A DNA stretch of 64,000 nucleotides from Thalia democratica (lineage: Eukaryota). The notes beneath the pieces were generated by a model, which did no database searches, was not told where the DNA came from, and saw only the letters and a list, made by a program, of their open reading frames with translations. Location: assembly GCA_965202585.1 (NCBI GenBank), contig OZ241829.1, forward strand, positions 65,968,001 to 66,032,000, given 5' to 3'. A program made the translations under genes and the position numbers. Below, piece by piece: positions 53,907 through 64,000 of this stretch (its first letter is position 1; every line of letters starts with the position of its first letter).

Positions 53907-56900
53907 ATGATGTATTTTTTTATTAAAAATAAAATTTTGACATGTTATTACTTACTTGTGCTTTGTGTCATGTTATTCTTATCATGTTCAACAGGGAAAA
54001 TTTCCATATTCAATTTGCGTCCTCACTGCGGGGAAGCGGGTCCGGCTCACCGCCTTGTGACCGGTTTCGTGCTGGACGAAAACATCAGTACTTCTGTTAA
54101 GAAAAGTTTGCCCTGTTTGTATGTATATTGTATAAATTATCAGTGAACTTTCATAAATATTGCTGAATTATACAAATAAAAACAGTTGTGTATTGTTGAC
54201 ATTTTTTTAATTTTCTTTAATGTTAAATATTTTAAAACGATTACTCATCTAAAACATGTGGATTCATAATCTTTTCATTGGATAAAACTTAATGAAAGTA
54301 GTTGCTTCCTTTTGTTAATAAATAATTTAATTTTTGTATTTTACCCTAAAAAGAATTCAGAGAGAGCTCTTTTTTATTTTTTTTTTATATGAATTTCATT
54401 CAGTTATTAAGATTATGTATATTAACCTAATTAAAAACTACATTTATTTTAACAAAACACTAATGCGCATCTATTTTTAAACTTTGTTTTAATTTTTGTT
54501 TTTTTAAATTTTTCTATACTTGTTTTTTAGCTAAACGAGGTTGTATAAACAAAGTAAAACAAAAAAATTGTGTAATTTCTTATGTAACCAACAAAGTTGT
54601 ACAAACCGACAAGTAACTAACAACCTTTTTACGTTTCAGTCTGCCAAGGTGTACCGTCGTTCGACGGAGCAACGACCCACATCGTCCACCAGCGGCAGCC
54701 CCAACTGTCCAGTTTCGTCTACGGCGACGTGCTGACGTTTTCCTGCGACGGCCACAAACGTTTTCTTCCTTCCAACCCGTCGCTGACTTGCCAGGAAAAC
54801 GGAAGGTGGGGACCCGACACGCTGATTGGCTGCGTTGAAGGTAAGAAAAAATCCCCAAAAGTATGAGTACAATCTAATTTGACTTTTTTTTTACAGATGA
54901 CGTGTGCCCGTCTCCACCGCAAATCGCCTTTTCCTCGCACCACGACTACTACAGGCCTCCGACTCCGGCAAACTCTACCGACTCGATGTGGCTTCCGGAA
55001 ACGATCCTGCATTACGAATGCAGCGATCAGTACCCGATAACCGTTCCCGACGACTTCTTCGGGGCGAAATGCACCAGCAGCGGCGCGTGGGTGGGCGCGT
55101 ATGGAAAATACCATCCTTCGCATGAAAAACCTCACGATATTAAAATGAACGACAAGAAGTTCAAGGAAAAGTTTGGAAAATGCGTCACTGGTATTTTTAA
55201 TTTTTAATGTTTAGTCAACCTTTTTGTGTTTATAATTCACTTGAAGTAAGCTAGTAGCAGTTTATAGTTTTTTAGTTAGAAATTACGTTCGAAAAGGTAC
55301 ATGATGTCAATTTCAAGTTATTTTGATTTAAAAACTAAACTGCTACCACCAGTATCTTTGAAATATGTTGTTCCTAGGTTAACAATTACCACTTCTAATT
55401 AAGTTTTTAGCAAGCCTTTATGTTTCCAATTTTAGTTTGTTAAAACTTTTTTTTTACAATTGTCTATATTGACCCATGTACGACTCTGTTCTCGGCATGC
55501 TTTTTAGAAATTGCGTGGGATTTTTAAAAGGTTTATAAAATAAATTTATTTTAAAAATGCAAAATTTATTTCAGAGTGTGAGTTTCCCGATCCACATAAC
55601 TCAATAAAAACTGTGCTAAAATATCTTGAAGTCAATGCGTCATACTCCATACCTTCAGTCGTCAGGTACACCTGTAACGAGGGTTACCATTGGACGCGGG
55701 TGGCAGTTGTGAGCTGTCGCCACCAAGATATTCAAGATAAAGGTCCTTTCGGAAGATTAAACACGCTGCTTGGATTCTGTGCACCCGGTTAGCTTCTTTT
55801 AGTTTCAAAGATAAATTTTTGTAAACAAATTACAAAACAACTGAATGTTTTAAATTAACAACCGTAAGTATTTATCTTTTCTGTTTTTTAATATGTCGAA
55901 TAATTTAGTTTTGTTAAAGCCTTTCAGCGCAAAGTATTGCTACTGAAGTTTGTACATAAGTTTAAGGTAAAATAAAAAATTACTAATAACTTTTAGCTTG
56001 CCCGCCACTCCCATTTTTAATACGAAACGGGGTTAAGCGAGTTATTAGGCAACCGAATCGAAGGAGCTTGGTTTCCTTCTCGACAACCATACACTACTTT
56101 TGCAACCAAGGATTCACTCCGACTTTTGTAAACAGCCGATACAGTTGCAACTACGCTGGGAGCTGGCAAAATTCAGAGCTGAACCCTAGGTGTTTGAGGC
56201 GTAAGTTGTAACAATATTGATAAGTGTTTGTTTATCAGTCCACCTACTATTTGACTTTAAGGCTGCCCTAACCTGCAAAACGATCCGTACGGAAGTCTTG
56301 AAGCATCTGTACAAGCTCGGACTAATTTCTATCTGGCCGGTGACCGAGTTGAACTAAGCTGTGATGATGACTACGTGTTGAGCTCAGACTTAACAGCTTC
56401 AAGTACAACTTTGTCCTGCCTGTCAAACGGAAGGTGGAATTACGAAAAAATACCGGTTTGTATTAAAAGTGAGTTACGCTAATCAAAAACTTTTATTCTT
56501 ATTCTGTTGAACTTTCATTTATGTAAGAAAAAAATTTAAGACGTTCTTTTATTTTGACACCTACACTTGTTTCAGAAGTTTTTAAGCACTAAAATTAGTG
56601 ACCTAACAAGTTTAGTTGATTCGTTTTTTCATTAGTTTAAATGCATTTAAACTAATTTATTAACTTAATTTTATCTACAATATACTTCTTTTCTACTCAA
56701 TTTGTTTATTTTAAGGATGTGACGACCCTCCTCGAGGCGACTTTCTAAATTCCACGATAAAGTTCAGTCACGCGCAAGGAGAATACTGGTCGTACACCGT
56801 AGTGGAGTACGTATGCAAGGAAAAACACACTTTTAAATATCCCGATGAGGACGGGACTCGCACTTGTGAAGGAGACGCAAACTGGAGCGATGACTCCCCT

Positions 56901-59900
56901 CCTGAGTGTGCTCCCGGTTAATAAATGATGAAAATATTATCACTATCCCAACAAATACTTTTAGTTATATTTTAATCTGTGTGTAAGAAATAACAAATAA
57001 ACTACACTTAACAGAATGTGAAACTCCTCCAGCCGTTGAAGGCTCAACAATTAATATTTTAAACGACTCATTTATTGAATACGAATGTTTAGACGGTTAT
57101 CACATTGACAACGAGTCGAACAGCGTTTTCGAGTGCAGGCTCGGTCCTGTTTGGTTTCCCTTGGAAACTCCTGTCTGTCTAAAAGGTAAATAAATACCAG
57201 TTTTTACTGCAAACTGTTTGTTAGACAAATTTCAAGCGTCTAAAAAGATCCTCTCAGGCTCAAATCAATTTCCTACTCTAAAATTTTTTAACGGACTATT
57301 TTTAAGTGTCTTGAAATGTTATCAAATTTATTACGAGTTTATCTTTTCTAGAATGCAACAGCATACCCGTGTACGATAAAACGTTGCCCGCTGTTGTTAC
57401 AAAGAATGTTTCAAGGGAGGGCAAGCTTATAACCGGATCATCGTTGAATTTCAGCTGTCAACCAAACTACGGCCTGATCAACTCGATATCGAGTTGTGGC
57501 CTCGACGGCAGATGGACGCCCGAGATCACGTGTGTTCGAGGTATGTATATTTGCACGTGAAAAAATAAATTAAAAACAACTCATTTTTTTGTTTTTAAAG
57601 ATTGCGGGAATCCAGACGAGATCGACAACGGATCTTTCCTGGTCAACGAAGAGTCGGATGAGTATCCTGAAGGTGAAGAGGAACTGTACAGCAGCAAGTA
57701 TCCGCACCAGGTGACTTATTCTTGCAACCCGTTTCACTCGACGGTTCCCGGAAGCGAGATGGTGTTGAAATGCTCGAATACCAGCTTCACGTTTGAACCT
57801 GAGTTGCCGGTCTGCTTGCCAGGTGACCAAGTCGTATACAAATGTTTAAGCTCATGATTTGTACTAAATTTTATTAAAAGTTTTAATCGGTTTTTTAAAG
57901 TTTTAATGTTTCAATTTATTTTAAAACCACAGAGTGTTCAACCCCGCCAACCAACAATTATTCCACGTTTGATTTTTTCATGAGCACTCACCGTGTCTAC
58001 CTACCGCCGAACAGAATAAAGTACACTTGCGAAGCCGGCTACAGAACTTTGCCTTCAGGTCTCAGCGTGCTGCAGTGCGGTGATGACGGGGAATGGACAT
58101 TTGATGATTTCAAAAGCTGCTACACTGGTTAGATTGTTGACTAGGTTTATTTTGATGGCTTAAAAGTTGAAGTAAAACGGTCAGTTAAAAATATTGCTTA
58201 AGTAGTTATAGTATATTTTTATTCTACTAAAAGGTGATTACAAAACTTAATATTATACTGCTTTAGTAATAATAAAAACATTTTTAAACAACGTTTTTGT
58301 AATTGGAACTATAAAAGATTACTTTAATTACATTGCGTTTTAAAAAAGTATATTTCTAAAAGCTTTAATACGTCATTCACAATACTTTGAGCAGAGTGTA
58401 AACTTTTTTCATAAGTTTTTATATTTAAATAATACTAAACAAATTTAAAACAGTTAAGCAAAAATTACGGAAAAAATATACAAATACTAATTAAAGTACA
58501 TTAGTATAACTTTTTCCACAACTTTAATAGAAACAGAATGCAATTCTGCGCCCCCACAATTAGACAATGCAACTCAGCATTTCAAATGGCAGTATGAAGG
58601 GGTGCATCTTCCAGGCACGCAAGTCAATTATGTTTGCCAGAACGGCTTCATCATGGCCCCGCAGTTTTTCCAGGGATTTGAATGCAGCGAAAATTCGTTA
58701 GAATACGACATTCCTCTCACAACCAGAGAGTCGTTTACTTCTGGTGCTTGCTATCCGGGTTAGGTTTCAGAATATATATATATTAATTAAAACTTCTTTT
58801 TTGCTTTTTTATTTTGTTTTTAAGTTTTTTCCCATTTTGAATTAACAAAATTAACTGGAAATCTTCAGACTGTGGCGACTGGCCAGACATCCCGAATGGC
58901 AAACGGTTCACTGCGGATTCACAGTTTCTATCGGACTTGGTAGGAGAAAGACACGTTTTGATAATTTCATCCAACTATTTGTGCAACACAGGATATCTTT
59001 ACACGAGCGCAAATAGCCTTGTAACATGCACTGATTCCTCAAAACCACTAGATGTTAAAAGTTGCTCTAGAGGTAATATTTTGTTTATAACTATTTACGA
59101 ACAAAAACATAAAGGTAACTAAAATTAAAAAAATAATATTTAAAAATCTAAACAAAGTTGAAAAGTGTATGTATTCCAGAATGTAAAAGTTTGCCAATTA
59201 CAAGTATGGACTTTGCAACCGTCGAATATTACAAAAGGCCAAGGACAGATATTAATGTGGGAGGAACAGAATTCAGATTTGTTTGCGACCAAGGGTACTT
59301 CCTCGTGGACCGTCCTGGCTCGTTGCGTGTGAGCTGTGAAAAGCTACGCGACGGTTTTCAAGAAGATCTAGGAATATGCGGAGTCATTGGTTTCAGGTGT
59401 GATCTTAATGGTATCTGGCACTCTTTGGAAAGATCGCGCTGCATTACAAGTAAATTTAACGTACCACTTTGAATTAAACACTAGTATTTTTTGCATCAAA
59501 CTAATTGGCATGTTTAGTAGTTGAGTGAAACGTGTTTAATGAATTTAATTTAGGTTGTCTGACACCACCAAGCGACGATTTGGCAACTTGGAAAATTACC
59601 AGCACATATTGGGAAGGAAGACTGTTCACCGACACGGTTGTAGAGTACACTTGTCCTGAAACCCACACGCTGACCAACTTCACTGATTCAACTCGTATAT
59701 GTGGAAGAGACGGAAGTTGGAGCGATCCTGTTGCACCCAGCTGTATCCCTAGTAATATTCGTTATTATTTTTAGTGAACTCTAGTTTCCAGAGCTTATAG
59801 TTTTACCTCATTAAATACTTTTAAAGTAACGTGTTACAATACACATAAAACTATTTTTCTTAGCTGTTAAATCTCACGTACGATGAAAATAAAAGTTTAT

Positions 59901-62900
59901 GAACACTTTGGACACGCTACCAAAGTAAATTCTAAGGAGTGATAAAGCTAACGTGTACTAAGTAATGATAATTATTGAGTATTTAATTTTCAGTTTTAAA
60001 CCTTTATACTATCAATACTTCTTATGACAATCACTTCTGCATTAAAACATACATATGGGAAATCAACTACTTTTTTTTGTAAAACTTACTAATTTACGCA
60101 GCTTAATGAGTTTAAGGACGTCTGCTTAAGTTTTGTGTTCAATTTAGCTAACTTTAAGTCTTTTGCATAAAAATTTGGCTTTTAGATGGAAGACAATATA
60201 TCAAAAAAACTTAATTACTGTTTACAAAAAGTTTGCCTTCTTTGGCAACAAATATAACTGTACCAAATATTGATTAGTTATAAAAGTTTTGAAAATTTCA
60301 ACAAATTTCAGTTTGCGAACTGTTGCCAACTTCCATCGAGAACGGTCAATTCCACCAGTTGACCGATCAGCATGCCAGCATGAAAGATGTAGAAGGAACA
60401 AGGAAGAGTTACGTTTGCGACGAAGGCTACCACCTGCTCATATCCTCTTACTTTCCAGCTTCTTTTACATTCCACTGCAACCAACAAGTACCTCCGAATG
60501 CTGTGCAGTGGAATGAAGTCAGTTCTGGGAGCCAAGTGGCAAAACCGTTGTGCATTAAAAGTTGGTGTTTTTTTATTAAACGTTGTATATGAAAAGCAAT
60601 ATACGCCTTATTGATAAAAAATTTTCAGGAAAATGTAAAGCGTATCAAATAATAACGGATGCTCATTCGTACGATGAGGCAGTTGAAAGGTGCGACAATT
60701 TATCTGCAGACCTTCTTGGACCAACCCTTGACGATGTAGATTATGAAAAGTTTGTTTTAAAACACTTTGCTAACCCTACTACTTTTCTAGTTACGTTTTA
60801 TAAAAAGAAAAAATTGCATTCAAAACGGTGATTGTTTATTTTCTATAACATTAAAAATGTAAACTTATACAACAGGTATTTGAAGGCTATAACTCAGCAC
60901 ATGAGTGATGAAAACTTCGAGTACACTTACATCTACGGAAAGCCAGAATTGATCGACACCTTTTTAAACTGGTGTTCAGGCTTCCCAAAACCTTCCGCCT
61001 CTTCGATCTGCTATTTCATCCGCACAAACGGCTTCTGCGTTGTTAATTTAGACTGTGAAAGCAAACGGCCGATTGTATTCGAAGTTGACCGCTTCGAGCT
61101 TAGGCCAAGAGAAGAGTCAAACTCATACCAGTTTGCCGACGATGCTTGCAGATCGGTAGAAGGTACCCTGATGTCTACGACTTTTTTCATCCCTGCTTAT
61201 ATGCCGTAAGTACTTTAGAGAAGTTATCTTTGTTTTTCTTGTTATTTGCATTGACAAATTTCGGTACTTGAATAGTGGAAAACGGTAAGTTAAAACATTT
61301 TCAAACTGAAATGTTTATTTTTATTAAAGTTCACCTGAGTTGACAAGTCGAGCAAAAATAATAATAAGCCGTATTTTGAAAATAGTTATATGAACATCTT
61401 TAAAATTTTACCACATTCATAGAGAACAATAATAAAAAACAAGGGTTTATGTTGTCACAAAAACATTTTCTCAGGTCAAAATAGTTTTGCTAAACTTTTA
61501 AAAACCATACAAATAACTAATTTCTAGAGGTAACATTAAGCACTTAAAATCTACATGTATTATACTATACCCAAATTACAGTCGAATAAAGAAGATCATA
61601 GACACATTACCAGGAAGCAAGATGTGGACTGGTTTGCAGCGGCCCGGGTCCGATTATTCCGCAAACGACTTCGTCACCCTGCCCGACGGTAAAAGAATTC
61701 TGATATCTCAAATATCGCAGTTCTGCCGGCGCGTGGACTACAACCGAGATCGCGGCTGTTTGAGCGACTTCGGGTGCTACCAATCCTACCAGGCTTCAAT
61801 CTGCGAAATTGCCGTCTGCTCAGCTCGAGACGCCAAAGTGCCAAATCTTCCTTACACGAGATGCAGCAGAGGAAGCTGGTACGTTTCAGCTGACAGATCA
61901 GAACGACTTGTCTGTTACGCAGGTACAACAACTGTTTCAAATATCGTTTTAGTATTTTTTACTATCAATTTTGATTCTTCAGATGTTCAGCATTTGTTAT
62001 CAGACTTGTATACTACAGTAGAATTATTTTAAGACTAAAAAACATGTTACTATGTAAATTTTTCTATATCGTTTTTCAACTTAATGTTTTTTAATTTCCG
62101 AAATTACTTAAATGACAACTTATAATTTTTTATAATTTAGTACAATTTAGTAAATATATACACGTTTTCGTAAGTTAATTAGGATAAAAGTAAAGTTAAA
62201 AGTTGCTTAAAGCTCTCATGAGTTCATTCGTGAGTTTAAAACTTATAAAATATATTCAAATAGATAAGTATTGCTACCTAAGCTAAAATAAAAGTCAAAC
62301 TGAATTAAGACTCAAGTAACAAATTATATGAGTTTTGTCTACAATTATTTGTAATTGGATTATAAATGCAAGAAAAATAAGTACCGTTTTGAACTAAAAT
62401 TATAATAACAGTAAAATAAGTGTATTTGCCACAAGCTCATATCAAGTGCTTTATATAAGCAGTTAAAAGCTTATGATAAAAATTACGCACAAATTCTGCT
62501 TGGCTTTTTTGAATAAAGACTTTAAGCATGTAGCATTCTGTTTGTACATTTGTAGACAAACTACTTATCTAAAAAGAGATGAACTGATCCTTCTCTATAT
62601 ACAATTCATCAACGACATTACTTTATAAAACAGGATTTGACATCAAACTGACAACGGAAAAAGGAAGTTGGGAAGAAACAAGAGACATGTGCGAAGATAT
62701 GGGAGGTCAACTGGTCCACAACACTTTGAAGAGATACGTTGGAAGACTTCGTACATCGTATAAGGAGTAAGTAGCTAAAGAATTTACTCAAGTTAAGTTG
62801 TGTATTGCTACTGAGCAAGTGTAATGAACAAGTTTTTAAAATTTGGTATTATCCATTCAAGCTCATTAGATTGATTATTTTTATAAATCTTTTGATAAAA

Positions 62901-63323
62901 CGTGTTTTGGACGTGGAATAAAACATGACACTTTAAATTTTTTTTTACCATTTCAAAATCTCATTGAGCATAAGTTTTTTCTACATTAATAAAATCTTAA
63001 ATTAAATATTGAAAAATAAAAATTTTGAAATTTTTCACTTATTCAGTTTGGTGGAAGAAGCGATTGACAGCAACGATGTTTGGATCGGATGCCAGCGGGC
63101 CAAGGACAAAACTTTGAACAGCGAGTTCCAACTGTTGAACGGCGAATATTTGTTCGCTTCCCGCGCAAACCCGTTTGAACAGCTGCTCTACTATTGGTCG
63201 GCTTCAGTGCCACGTGACACCGAACTCGATCAAGCCGTTGTCATAAGGCACGAGAAAAAAGCGCTCGAAAACTTGCCCAAGTCACAAGAACTTTACGGGC
63301 TTTGTGAAATTGGACATTATTGA
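53907..63323 (+). CDS. Second complete copy of the 15-CCP plus 3-CTL gene
   Basis: All exons at +41,758 (53907-54087, 54640-54840, ... 63047-63323). ORF-track translations are identical to copy 1. Confidence 0.9.
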
Positions 63324-64000
63324 TTTATTCTGTTTTTATTTTTTCTATAAGTTAGTTTTTTCTATAAAATTCAAACTTGTATCAAATGATTTCTTCTAAA
63401 ATTGTATAAGATTTAAATTTTAAATTTAGATTTTATAACGATATTTATCGTTTATATTTTGTCTAGTAGTATGTTTGATATATTAAGATATGGATAATTC
63501 AACAAATTAGAAATATTCTGTTTTATTATATTTCAATTTTATTAAGCTTTGCATTTTGTTAAACTCCCAAAAACTAAATTTTATTTGTCAAACTTTCAAG
63601 TATTGGATTATAACAATTTTATAATTGTGTACTTTGAAAAGTTTCACTTGAAACAAAAGTTGTTTTTTTACTTCGTTGTTTACTTATTATATTTTAGTTT
63701 TAAAGGTTTGATTTATAATACTAAAGTTTTGGAGTGTATAAAGCAAAATTATATTTTTTAAATAATCATAAGTATTTCAAGTTTCTAATATAAACTATAA
63801 GCAAATATAAGACTTAAAATAGTTTTCTTAAGGACGCTACAGTTTAAAATAAAAAAGACTATTTTTTATAATCAAATTTACCCAAGGTAAGTATTAAATT
63901 TTAATATATGTTTCTTAACATTTTTAAGCTACTTAAAAATGTAGCAGTAAGTAAAGTTTTTGTCTTAGAAAAACAAAAAAGACCTTGTGAGTAATTTTTG

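Larger units (their letters stand above)
41759..64000 (+). repeat. Copy 2 of the long direct duplication (runs off the window end)
   Basis: Constant +41,758 offset from 1 to 22242, e.g. ORF 7328/49086, 12149/53907, 21791/63549. Confidence 0.98.

Overview
AT-rich animal nuclear DNA with spliceosomal GT-AG introns; there is no sign of prokaryotic organisation and the taxon cannot be fixed from sequence alone (an aquatic invertebrate is my guess). Positions 1-22242 recur at 41759-64000 at a constant offset of 41,758 bp, with no difference found in my spot checks. The repeated part carries four things. (i) The end of a ~1.7-kb-unit macrosatellite (33300-46290, and 1-4530), each unit with a TA-flanked MITE and an indel-free 139-nt exon-like core. 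(ii) A decayed Penelope-like retroelement (RT + C-terminal GIY-YIG). (iii) A ~970-bp inverted-repeat-bounded, hairpin-rich insert with a perfect 112-bp palindrome. (iv) A 21-exon gene, reconstructed by hand with consistent phases, for a ~1540-aa secreted protein with 15 sushi/CCP domains followed by 3 C-type-lectin-like domains. The single-copy part (22243-33300) holds an intronless, GC-rich carbonyl reductase (CBR1-like) sequence with a frameshift and a nonsense codon, a tRNA-like relic, and a small ~1.15-kb tandem triplication with nested hAT-type MITEs.
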